NCBI GenBank assembly: GCA_965602795.1
Contig: CBFCZR010000003.1
Location: 1 to 32,453, forward strand
From: Candidatus Bathyarchaeota archaeon
GTDB taxonomy: Archaea > Thermoproteota > Bathyarchaeia > Bathyarchaeales > Bathyarchaeaceae
Length of the DNA: 32,453 bases
Direction: 5' to 3'
Position numbers and translations under genes: made by a program
In this document: positions 16,666 through 25,359 of the stretch, in pieces
How positions within the stretch are numbered: the first letter of the stretch is position 1
Layout of the letters: each line of letters begins with the position of its first letter
The notes under the pieces: model-generated
Seen by the model: the letters and a program-made list of their open reading frames with translations, nothing else
Databases searched by the model: none
What the model was told of the DNA's origin: nothing

Positions 16666-17544
16666 CTAGGACTTGAGTTCAGAGAGGATGTAGCTGACGA
16701 TTTCGTCGGCGATGTTAGTTTTTGTAACAGATTGCAGTCCTTTCCATCCCGGTTGACTATTCAACTCTATAATTAGGGGTCCATCTGGTCCTTCTATGAT
16801 GTCTACGCCTGTAACCTTGCAGCCTACAACCTTAGCTGCCTTAACTGCAAGAGTTTCCAGTTCCTCAGACAGATTTAAGGATAAAGGTTTTGCGCCCAAA
16901 CTCACGTTAGTCTTCCAGTTAGTTGATGTCCGCCGCATAGCAGCCACCACACGGTCTCCGACAACAAAAGCGCGGATGTCCGAACCTCCGTGAGGAATAA
17001 ACTCTTGCAGGTAGAGAACGCCATGATAGAAGGATATTGTCAGGAAGACTCTTGTGGCGATGTCTGGGTCAGTTATTCTGGTGGCGCCTAATCCTCTTGA
17101 ACCAAACAGCGGCTTCACTACAACATCTTCGCCTAGTTCGTGGAAACATTTCAGCGCTTCGTCAGGGTTCTCTGTAACTGCTGTGCGGGGAACAGGTAAC
17201 CCGTTCTCTTGAAGGAGGTTTAGGGAACAGTATTTGTTCACTGCTCGTTCGATGGAGAGGGGAGGATTGATTATCAGCAGTCCATGCCGTTCCAGCTTGT
17301 GCAGAAGATCCATCCTGAAGAGTAGCTGCTCTACGGACCCGCGTGCAATGGGGCGGGTGATCATGGCATCCAAGTCTTGAAGAATGTCCACTTTTTTCAC
17401 TGATGCCTCGGGAGTGTAGTTTATGCGTCCTATTACCTCTCGATAATCAAAACAGATTGGGGTAATGTTCTGTTTTTCAATAGCTTTCCGCAGTTGCGTG
17501 GAGCACCAACCATTCTGATCTCTGGTCATAATTCCCATTTTCAA
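16666..17544 (-). CDS. RimK-family ATP-grasp alpha-L-glutamate ligase (MptN/Orf5-like)
   Basis: LPVPRT, VVKPLFGSRGLG, YLQEFI, DIRAFVVG, WKTNVSLG, GVDII, ELNSQPGW. Confidence 0.9.
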   Translation of the reverse strand: MKMGIMTRDQNGWCSTQLRKAIEKQNITPICFDYREVIGRINYTPEASVKKVDILQDLDAMITRPIARGSVEQLLFRMDLLHKLERHGLLIINPPLSIERAVNKYCSLNLLQENGLPVPRTAVTENPDEALKCFHELGEDVVVKPLFGSRGLGATRITDPDIATRVFLTISFYHGVLYLQEFIPHGGSDIRAFVVGDRVVAAMRRTSTNWKTNVSLGAKPLSLNLSEELETLAVKAAKVVGCKVTGVDIIEGPDGPLIIELNSQPGWKGLQSVTKTNIADEIVSYILSELKS

Positions 17545-17636
17545 CTGTTATCCCTTCATGCATCAAACCGCGTTCTAACAGATTAAAGTAATGCCACACA
17601 AAATGTTTCTTCGCCAAGACACATTTTTCTGTTATT

Positions 17637-17698
17637 GCTTGGCTTTTCCGAAAAAAGACTGTTTTCAACAATGTACTTCTATTAGGAGCCTAATATGA
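17637..17698 (+). repeat. Dispersed palindromic intergenic repeat, copy C
   Basis: GCTTGGCTTTTCCGAAAAAAGACTGTTTTCAACAATGTACTTCTATTAGGAGCCTAATATGA. Confidence 0.9.
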
Positions 17699-17787
17699 GG
17701 CTCCCTTTTCGTGTGTGCAAGTTTTTACGCAAACTAATTAAATAGTGCTGATACACTGAAGCAAACATCAACCAAAGGTATGCTATC

Positions 17788-18738
17788 ATGAAGAATCTCC
17801 CATTTACAGAAAAGGCTGATTACATTTCTAGATGTTTAGAACTCGCCGTTCTCCTTGAGGTCAGTGGCTATCCGAAGCCCGGAAACGTCCACAGAACAGC
17901 AGACTTTCCAGAAACCAGATACGAACATTTTTTGGCGTCAGCAGTTGCAATAGCGCCCTCTTTCAAGAAGGCAGCTAAGCAGGGAATCAAACTTTCTGAG
18001 GAGAAAATCTCTCCCGCAGAGGTAGGTATCGGAAAAATAATCAAAGACGCAGTTGACAGAATGAGATTGAGCCAGAGCGGCGGCAACACCTTGTTGGGTG
18101 CGATAATTTTGCTTTCGCCCGTAGCGGCTGCAGCAGGAATGATTAGTAACAGTTTCTCTTTGTCTAAGCTTAGAGAAAACATTAAGGTGATTGTTGAGTC
18201 GACAACGCCGGAGGATGCGGTGGCTGTTTACGATGCGATTGCCCTCCTTAATCCGGGGGGGTTGAACAAGGTTAAGAAACTGGATGTTACAGACCCCGAA
18301 TCGAAGAAGAGACTTCTGGACGAAGGCGTGACTCTGTTTGGCACGTTTGAGATTTCTTCTTCGTATGATTCTGTAGCCTCTGAGTGGGTTCACAATTACC
18401 CAATCACCTTTGATCTGGGTTACCCCTATTTCGTTAAACAGCTTGAAGAGACAGGAGACATCAACACGGCTACCGTCCACACTTACCTGAAGATTCTCGC
18501 CGAAGTCCCGGACACATTAATCGCCCGAAAGGCGGGTCAAGCTAAGGCTGAAAGCATCTCAGCCGAGGCTGAACAAGTCTTGAAGGAGGGGGGTTTAGCA
18601 ACACCTTCGGGAAGGAATCTGCTCCATAAGCTGGACATCAAACTACGGGATTCAGCTCACAGCCTAAGCCCGGGAACAACGGCGGACATAATCGGGGCAG
18701 TGTTGGCTCTTAACAATCTAAACGGCTACAAAACATAA
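17788..18738 (+). CDS. CitG-like triphosphoribosyl-dephospho-CoA synthase family protein (archaeal/Orf7 type)
   Basis: LEV...PKPGNVHR, GGNT.LG, PDTLIARK.G, PGTTAD. Confidence 0.88.
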   Translation: MKNLPFTEKADYISRCLELAVLLEVSGYPKPGNVHRTADFPETRYEHFLASAVAIAPSFKKAAKQGIKLSEEKISPAEVGIGKIIKDAVDRMRLSQSGGNTLLGAIILLSPVAAAAGMISNSFSLSKLRENIKVIVESTTPEDAVAVYDAIALLNPGGLNKVKKLDVTDPESKKRLLDEGVTLFGTFEISSSYDSVASEWVHNYPITFDLGYPYFVKQLEETGDINTATVHTYLKILAEVPDTLIARKAGQAKAESISAEAEQVLKEGGLATPSGRNLLHKLDIKLRDSAHSLSPGTTADIIGAVLALNNLNGYKT

Positions 18739-18791
18739 GACAGCCTAATCTGCAAATAAACTAATATTGACCCCGATGTATATGACTGTGC

Positions 18792-19907
18792 ATGATGGTT
18801 AAGGGGTTCGAGTTTTCCGTCAGAGAGTTTGCGGGAAGCTTAGGAGACTTCGGCACACTGCTTCCCTTCACGGTTGGTTACATAGTAATCTGCGGGTTCA
18901 ACCCAACCGGGCTTCTTTTAGGAATTGGCCTCACAAACATCATTTTGGCGCTTATTTACAGGCTACCGTTGCCGGTGCAACCACAAAAAGCCATCGGCTC
19001 AGTTGCCCTTGCTGAACGGTGGACAAGAAACACGGTGCTCGGAGCAGGCTTTTCTGTTGGCTTAGTGTGGGTGCTTCTTTCATTCTCGAAGAGGCTCTGC
19101 GGTCTTCTGGAAAAGGTTCCTAAAGGCGTGACAAGAGGCATCCAGCTTGGGTTAGCTTTCACGTTGGCGCTTGCAGGAGCCGAGATGATTCACCCCGATT
19201 TCTTAATAGCCATTCCGCTGATTGTTGTGGTTTTTCTGCTTCTCAGAAACAAGTTTTTGCCCGCAGCCATATTTCTCGTTCTTTTCGGTTTCATCTACGC
19301 GATAGCCACAGGGGACTTGGTCCTCAGCCAAATAAATGTGGGTTTTTCGCTTCCCGAGTTTACCGTATTCTCCCTCAATGACATGTTTTACGGCTTCGTA
19401 TATGCAGGCTTTGCACAACTTTTTCTCACCTTAACAAACGCGGTTGTAGCCACCGTAGCTTTGGTTCATAACCTATTTCCCGACCGAAAAGACGTTAACG
19501 CAAGAAATCTGATTAAAAATATGGGAGCCATGAATATTACAATGCCGTTCATAGGAGGAATGCCTCTATGTCACGGAGCAGGAGGACTAGCAGCACAATA
19601 CCTTTTCGGCGCTAGAACTGGCGGCGCAATCCTCATGGAGGGCAGCCTAGAAATCAGTTTAGGACTGTTCTTCTCACAAAGTTTGGTGAACATCTTCACA
19701 TCATTTCCACTTTTTGTTGTTGGAGTAATGCTTCTTATGACCTCCTTTGAACTAGGCAAAATCTCGCTCAAAGTTCAAGGTAAAAAAGAAATCTATGTAA
19801 CGGTTGTAACGGCTGTGCTGGCAACCGTCTTCAACATGGCTGTGGGATTCATCGGCGGACTCATCCTATATGTTGCTATAGAGAAAAAGATAATACAAAT
19901 AAGCTGA
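18792..19907 (+). CDS. Molybdate transporter, MOT1 family
   Basis: GSLGDFGTLLP, LPLPVQPQKAI, GGMPLCHGAGGLAAQY.FGARTG; polytopic membrane protein. Confidence 0.88.
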   Translation: MMVKGFEFSVREFAGSLGDFGTLLPFTVGYIVICGFNPTGLLLGIGLTNIILALIYRLPLPVQPQKAIGSVALAERWTRNTVLGAGFSVGLVWVLLSFSKRLCGLLEKVPKGVTRGIQLGLAFTLALAGAEMIHPDFLIAIPLIVVVFLLLRNKFLPAAIFLVLFGFIYAIATGDLVLSQINVGFSLPEFTVFSLNDMFYGFVYAGFAQLFLTLTNAVVATVALVHNLFPDRKDVNARNLIKNMGAMNITMPFIGGMPLCHGAGGLAAQYLFGARTGGAILMEGSLEISLGLFFSQSLVNIFTSFPLFVVGVMLLMTSFELGKISLKVQGKKEIYVTVVTAVLATVFNMAVGFIGGLILYVAIEKKIIQIS

Positions 19908-19930
19908 AGTTAACTCCCCTCGCTTCAACC

Positions 19931-21001
19931 TTACAGAAATCTTCTTTTAGTCGCCTCAACCAAGCCGATTGGCCCGGTCATCATCACATCACCTGCAGGA
20001 GTTGCAAAATGAACATTGAGATTTGTTTCTGCCAAGACCTGCCTGTTTGGTCCCGTCACAATCACTTTCTCGATCTTAGAGAAGCCGGGTGGTTCGCTCA
20101 GATAGAACATGCCATGCCCATTGTCCTCAAAAACTTCTTCATCGCAGAGCTTCCCGTCTGCAAAATCCCTTAGAAGCTTCTCCATCTTTTGCGGATTCAA
20201 CAATCGTGTATGATGCTCCAATACTGCAGTGACTTTGCCCCTTGATATTATTGCAGCCATAGTGTGCCCATTGCCTACATTAACGGCGAGAATCGGATCA
20301 GCCTCCTCTACCGCCGGGTCCATCAGGCATCCAAGTATGGCGTCTGGAGAAGTGTCCATAACCACTACTCTAGCATTAGGCAGCTGTCTTTTCGAGGCGC
20401 TCACTGCTGAGTTCATTCTTGGATAATATGGGGGAATTTCGTTTTCCTTGAATGCGAATGCTTCAGGTTTCGGATTTTCTTTCAGCAGTTCTTTTATTTT
20501 GTTGATGCGGAATCGTCTATTGCTCATTTCTTTTGGGAAGACTCCGTGGTCTTGGACTGCAACGGCAACAAAATCTATGTCCGAGAAAGGCTCTCCAAAA
20601 AACTTCAATAAGCCACGTAGTTTAGCGATATTCACTTCTTCAAGAACTATTGTTTCTCCCTCGAAGTTTTCCGGTTCAGAGTCTTGGACGATTTCTATTT
20701 CCAGTTCTCTGACTTGATCCAGATTATTTCTTACAGTGTACGCAGCATTTTCTGTCATAAAGACCCGAAGTCCAGCTTCGACATGTCGTTTCAGGGCATG
20801 CGAAAAGGCGCCTCCGCCTATAGTGTCTCCTTTAACAAACAGGTCCTTACCTTTGCGAGTTGCGGTTTTTACTTTCTCTGCGAAAACTAGGGAGGGGGAT
20901 GGAAGAACCAGTTTTATGCAGTTCTCGACACTCCGTTTTTGGTCATCGTAAAGCAGTATGTCTTCAGTTCCAGCGCCTATGTCTATGGCTAAAATCTTCA
21001 T
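19931..21001 (-). CDS. DUF1786 family protein (actin-like/ASKHA fold)
   Basis: ILAIDIGAGTEDIL, AVAVQDHG, NVGNGHT, EHHT, GHG, PAGDVMMTG. Confidence 0.85.
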   Translation of the reverse strand: MKILAIDIGAGTEDILLYDDQKRSVENCIKLVLPSPSLVFAEKVKTATRKGKDLFVKGDTIGGGAFSHALKRHVEAGLRVFMTENAAYTVRNNLDQVRELEIEIVQDSEPENFEGETIVLEEVNIAKLRGLLKFFGEPFSDIDFVAVAVQDHGVFPKEMSNRRFRINKIKELLKENPKPEAFAFKENEIPPYYPRMNSAVSASKRQLPNARVVVMDTSPDAILGCLMDPAVEEADPILAVNVGNGHTMAAIISRGKVTAVLEHHTRLLNPQKMEKLLRDFADGKLCDEEVFEDNGHGMFYLSEPPGFSKIEKVIVTGPNRQVLAETNLNVHFATPAGDVMMTGPIGLVEATKRRFL

Positions 21002-21091
21002 GGATTGTTCCTCTTAACACTCTTGCCGAATCTGTTGACCAAAAATAGGAGATGCCTCTCATCTACCTTTCGATTAACTCCAGAAATAACG

Positions 21092-22471
21092 CTAGTGAGG
21101 CTTGTTCATTTCAGGTCTCTTAGCATGGATTGCTGCAACAGTGGCGCCAATGTTGCTTTCATCAACTACCAAAATTATTTGTGATGTATGCGGCGCAAAG
21201 ATGCCACGTTTTATGTTGATTTCTGGTATGGCTCCTATGGCGATGGAGGCGACTCCCGATGAATATTTCATTCCGTCTCCAATGAGGGTAACCACGCCAA
21301 CACCGTCTTCGATTGTCAAATCTTCGTCAAAGCCTCTAAGCCGTTCCTCATTTTTTCTCAGAAACTCTGAATCAAGGAACAGGAAATCTCTTATTCTCTT
21401 CCCGGTTTCAAGTGTCTCGGTTCCCAAATCAAGGAAATCGTTACAGTTTTCCCAAATCCTCAAAGCATCCTCCAAAGACCTGCTGTTCTGGTCATCCATC
21501 GTAAGAATTGCGCATCCCGATTTTCCGGTTACACACTTCACGGTTTGGTCACCGTTGCTTTCGGACTGAATTATCGTGTATTCTTCTGGTCTAGCTATCG
21601 GCACCACCTTTATGGGCTGCTTGAATTCTTTTGCCATTGAGATTGCTTCGCCTTGAACAATCTTCATTCCCATCTTGGAGGCTTTGTGGGCTTCGTTATA
21701 GCTGAGAGATGCCAGATGCTCGGTTGTCTGGTCTTTAACTATAGATGGGTCAGCACTTTGAACAGACACTTCCTTGAACAAAACCGTTTCAACGTCATAT
21801 CTTTCTTTCAATAGACATGAAACAAAAACTGCAGTAAGATCGGAGCCGCCTCTTCCCAGAACTGTTTCCAGCCCGTCACTGGTGATGCCGAGGAAGCCTG
21901 CTTGCACAACTACGTTTCCATCTTCGATTGACTGAATGAGATGATTAACCCTATTCTTGCTCAACTCGTAATCGGGGGTGGCGTTTTCGAAGTTGTCATC
22001 TGTTACAATGGGCCATTGCTCTTTAGGGATGTGGCAGGAATCTAAACCGCTGCTTTTTATGATGTAGTCCATGAGAACAGATGTTGGCAGTTCTCCACCA
22101 TTGGTTAGAACTTTTGCTTTAGTTGTTCCACGGAAACGCTTGTTGATTAAAGAGACAGATTCATCCATCTGCTGCCGATATTCCTGTAATTCGTCGATAA
22201 CTTCTTTCAGATACTTGCCGTTGACATAGGTTTTCGCTATTCGCTCGTATGTGTTGAATATAGAATCTATTGGGATGGGTCTAGAATGGGTGTAAGATTC
22301 GCCTATCCTGATGAGTTCGTCTGTGAACCCGTTTGGCGCAGAGAAAACAACCACAGGACCCAAATCATCCTTATCCCTTAATGTTTTTATGCAATCCAAA
22401 ATCGCAGGTATTTTTTCGCCCTCATTAGTCAATAGGCTCCCGCCAAATTTTGTCACCGAAAGCTTCCTCAT
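21092..22471 (-). CDS. Aspartate kinase, divergent, with C-terminal ACT-like region
   Basis: TKFGGS, VVFSA, TDELI, AGFLG, LGRGGSDLTA, ADP, LSYNEA, VTLIGDGM. Confidence 0.85.
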   Translation of the reverse strand: MRKLSVTKFGGSLLTNEGEKIPAILDCIKTLRDKDDLGPVVVFSAPNGFTDELIRIGESYTHSRPIPIDSIFNTYERIAKTYVNGKYLKEVIDELQEYRQQMDESVSLINKRFRGTTKAKVLTNGGELPTSVLMDYIIKSSGLDSCHIPKEQWPIVTDDNFENATPDYELSKNRVNHLIQSIEDGNVVVQAGFLGITSDGLETVLGRGGSDLTAVFVSCLLKERYDVETVLFKEVSVQSADPSIVKDQTTEHLASLSYNEAHKASKMGMKIVQGEAISMAKEFKQPIKVVPIARPEEYTIIQSESNGDQTVKCVTGKSGCAILTMDDQNSRSLEDALRIWENCNDFLDLGTETLETGKRIRDFLFLDSEFLRKNEERLRGFDEDLTIEDGVGVVTLIGDGMKYSSGVASIAIGAIPEINIKRGIFAPHTSQIILVVDESNIGATVAAIHAKRPEMNKPH

Positions 22472-22656
22472 TCCCGTTTACCTCTTCATACAGCTAACAG
22501 AAAAAGGCTAACAGTTTAAGTTTTTTTTGGCTCCACGCGCTGATTTATTGAAAAACAGAAATTCTTTCAAACTAACTTTAGGTTTGCTTTATCCCTAAAT
22601 CTTTTAGGTTGGTCAGAGGTTTTGTAAGGTCACTTCCAAGCTTAGGAGGTGAATTC

Positions 22657-22689
22657 ATGCGGCAGCGTGTACATCACGTGCTGTGGTAA
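22657..22689 (+). CDS. Putative 10-aa micropeptide MRQRVHHVLW
   Basis: AGGAGGTGA (22644-22652), 4-nt spacer, ATG...TAA. Not in the ORF track because of its size. Confidence 0.35.
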   Translation: MRQRVHHVLW

Positions 22690-22737
22690 TAAAATTTATA
22701 AGATGTTTGCCGTCATAAATTCTTTTGAGGGGGAGGA

Positions 22738-22929
22738 ATGGTAGAAACTAAGACTTTTGCATGGGCAGAAGCCATATTGGGACTTTTGGTGATAATCTAT
22801 CCATTCGTGTGGTGCTATATCCTCGGCGAGAGCGTTGAATACCTATTTGCGGTAGAGGTCGCATTGGGAGCACTAGTTTTGATTGTGGCGGCGTTGGCGC
22901 TGATGACAAGGTCTCCGTATGGAAAGTAA
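22738..22929 (+). CDS. Small two-TM membrane protein (63 aa)
   Basis: TTTATAA at ~22695, GGAGG before the ATG, two hydrophobic helices. Confidence 0.7.
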   Translation: MVETKTFAWAEAILGLLVIIYPFVWCYILGESVEYLFAVEVALGALVLIVAALALMTRSPYGK

Positions 22930-23068
22930 ATCTCCCCTATTTTTTTGCCCCTTTTCGGGATATGCGTTCGCACCTTTAATTTTTTGCAGGTATACAGGTT
23001 CCACATGTTATGATTTTGGATTTAAATTTGTAATTCACAACACATATAACACAAATTACAAAAAGCTA

Positions 23069-23524
23069 ATGGCTGAAAAGCAAATGTCACATACAATAAA
23101 CAAAGCTAAGTCACTCATTTTCGGAAAGGAAAAAAAATCTGGAAAACAAATAGCGAATCCAATAACTAAAGCTAAATCACTCATTAGCCGAAAGGAAATG
23201 AAAGAAAAGCCATATCGATCAAAGTTGGTAATATGTATCGATATTCTTTGTGCTTTGGTTTCTAAGGGCCCCATGAAGTTCACCCAACTGTCGCATAAAG
23301 TTGAACTTGACACAATCCGCCTGATACCCCATCTGAAACTGCTGATCGATCGGAATCTCGTTGAACAACAAAATTTAGGTGAGAACGAAGTCTTTTACAC
23401 TGTTACTGGAAGGGGTTTAAAAGTGCTCAAAGTCATTAGCCCCATAATCAGAGAAGCACACAAGCTTCAGATGCGCAATTTTGAAACAATCTCAAACACA
23501 CTTTCAGAAGCAGGTTACTCCTAG
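23069..23524 (+). CDS. Winged helix-turn-helix transcription regulator (HTH_45/ArnR-like)
   Basis: RSKL.I.IDIL..L, GP.KFTQL, HLKLL....LV, Y.VT.RGLKVL. Start is ATG 23069 or 23198; the 22919 start is unlikely. Confidence 0.85.
   Translation: MAEKQMSHTINKAKSLIFGKEKKSGKQIANPITKAKSLISRKEMKEKPYRSKLVICIDILCALVSKGPMKFTQLSHKVELDTIRLIPHLKLLIDRNLVEQQNLGENEVFYTVTGRGLKVLKVISPIIREAHKLQMRNFETISNTLSEAGYS
23094..23198 (+). repeat. Direct repeat, 2 x 39 bp, 66-bp period
   Basis: 23094-23132 vs 23160-23198, 33/39 identical by manual alignment. Confidence 0.85.
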
Positions 23525-23711
23525 AACTGGACATACAAAAAAATTGTGCAGTCAGTCGAAACTCGTTTTCTTTTAGTTTCGCTTTACTATCTGCTTCTTA
23601 CGAGCACTTTTCCACCCACTCTTTGTGGTGGAACTTTATATCAGAGTAACGTATAAAGAACTGAAGTTTCACTGCAGAAGGTAAAACTGCGACAACTAAA
23701 GCAAAATCAGG

Positions 23712-25229
23712 ATGTATGATATGATGGAAGAGGATCTCAGCACTGTGGGACCAGGAAGGCTAGTCACAGGCGGAGCTTGGTTCTTGGGACTAATGATTCT
23801 AAGCGGTGTTTTCTGGCTTTTGTTGGGAATTCAAGTGAGCAGGGTATACGGACCTTCTGGTTTTGGCTTATTCAGCATGGCATACTCAGTGTTCGATTTC
23901 TTGTGGGCGCTCATTTTTGGGGGACTGTTTGAGGGTTTAATCCATTTTGGTGCAGGATACTTAACCAAAAAAGACGCAAATGTCGCGCGCTATTTCTCAA
24001 ACTATGTAAGGTATCTCACGGCGATAAGTTTAGTAATTTTCATTTTCTTAACCACTCTATCTTTTCAAACATCCGACATTATATTCAGGATAATGCTTCT
24101 TTCTCTGGCATTCGCATTCCTGTTTTCAGGAACAAAAGATGCACTATCGTCAATAATAGGGTCGTTACAAAAAAGCAAACAACTTTCGATAATACAATCC
24201 AGCGGATTTTATGCAGTTTCGATATTCGGCATGATAGTTGTAGTGCTCAATTTACCCCTTAATCTATTGCCCGTCTTGATAGTAGTCGCTCCTGTCTGTC
24301 AATTGCTGTTTTGCGTCTATTTTTTAAGGCCATATATCAAAAATCTGATTTCGTATAGCGTCGAAGTTTTTGCGAATAAAGACAAGGAATATTCAATATT
24401 AGAAGACTTGAAGCAGTTCAAGCAAATACTCATTTTTGGTTTTTCTATATCAGTCGGAAAAATCTCGTTCATGATAATGAAGAACTTGGACCTACCTATA
24501 CTTAATTTGTTCTTTGATTACGCCAATGTGGGAGTTTATAGCGTTGCAGATGCAGTGTCCAGTGTACTGTTTTCCATGACGGCTTTCTCTCTTCCAATTC
24601 TTTCATCTATGTCTGAAGCATGGAGCAAAAAAGACGGAGTCCTGATGGAAAAGTATGTTAAAATTTCTGTGAAATACCCTCTAATGTTAGGCTTGCCTTT
24701 AACGATAATAATTTTTGCTTTAGCAGAACCCATTGTTGTAGGGATATATGGAGCTGCTTTCCAAGGAGCTATAATGCCTCTTCAAATTCTTATTGTCGGC
24801 ACATTCCTTCTTATGTTTGGATACACTCTTTCTTCTGTACTAATAGGCATTGCAAAACCTAAATTAGCAGGAACGTTAATGGCGGGCGCCGCTGCACAGT
24901 ATATCTTCTCGCTCTTTATCCTTGTGCCCCTCTTTGGTCTAACCGGAGCTGCAATTTCTTTGACACTAACGGGTGTCACCTCTCTTGTTTTGATTCCAAT
25001 TTTCATCAAATATCATCTAAAAACCGACGTATTTTCAGGGCTTCCTAAACTTTTATTCTCGGGCGCTATTTTGGCACTTGTTCTCTTTCTTTTACCCAAA
25101 ACCAATCCAATTATACTAATTGTTGGAACGATTGCAAGCATTGCAGTCTACGCTATACTACTATACTATACCGGATACCTTAACCAAGAAGATATTAACA
25201 TACTGAAAAAATCAAGAACACAATCATAA
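23712..25229 (+). CDS. MOP-superfamily flippase (Wzx/polysaccharide biosynthesis)
   Basis: Many TM helices; SRVYGPSGFGLF, D..IL......VGVYSVA, LVPLFGLTGAAIS. Confidence 0.88.
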   Translation: MYDMMEEDLSTVGPGRLVTGGAWFLGLMILSGVFWLLLGIQVSRVYGPSGFGLFSMAYSVFDFLWALIFGGLFEGLIHFGAGYLTKKDANVARYFSNYVRYLTAISLVIFIFLTTLSFQTSDIIFRIMLLSLAFAFLFSGTKDALSSIIGSLQKSKQLSIIQSSGFYAVSIFGMIVVVLNLPLNLLPVLIVVAPVCQLLFCVYFLRPYIKNLISYSVEVFANKDKEYSILEDLKQFKQILIFGFSISVGKISFMIMKNLDLPILNLFFDYANVGVYSVADAVSSVLFSMTAFSLPILSSMSEAWSKKDGVLMEKYVKISVKYPLMLGLPLTIIIFALAEPIVVGIYGAAFQGAIMPLQILIVGTFLLMFGYTLSSVLIGIAKPKLAGTLMAGAAAQYIFSLFILVPLFGLTGAAISLTLTGVTSLVLIPIFIKYHLKTDVFSGLPKLLFSGAILALVLFLLPKTNPIILIVGTIASIAVYAILLYYTGYLNQEDINILKKSRTQS

Positions 25230-25359
25230 GACCTGCAATTCCGCCCTTCCAATCATTTGTTAATACGCCTACCTTAGCATTTATGAGGCACCAGGAGAAT
25301 ATAGTGTGTAATGGAGCGCTAATTCACGTTTTTAGTGTAACTCTAACATAATTTCGGAA

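Noticed and set aside
22472-22640. Lysine riboswitch upstream of aspartokinase
   Set aside because: No recognisable L-box consensus; the region is short and AT-rich.
22919-23068. N-terminal 50 codons of the 201-aa ORF
   Set aside because: Overlaps the upstream gene's end, a T-tract and AT-rich promoter-like sequence; the later ATGs fit the wHTH family better.
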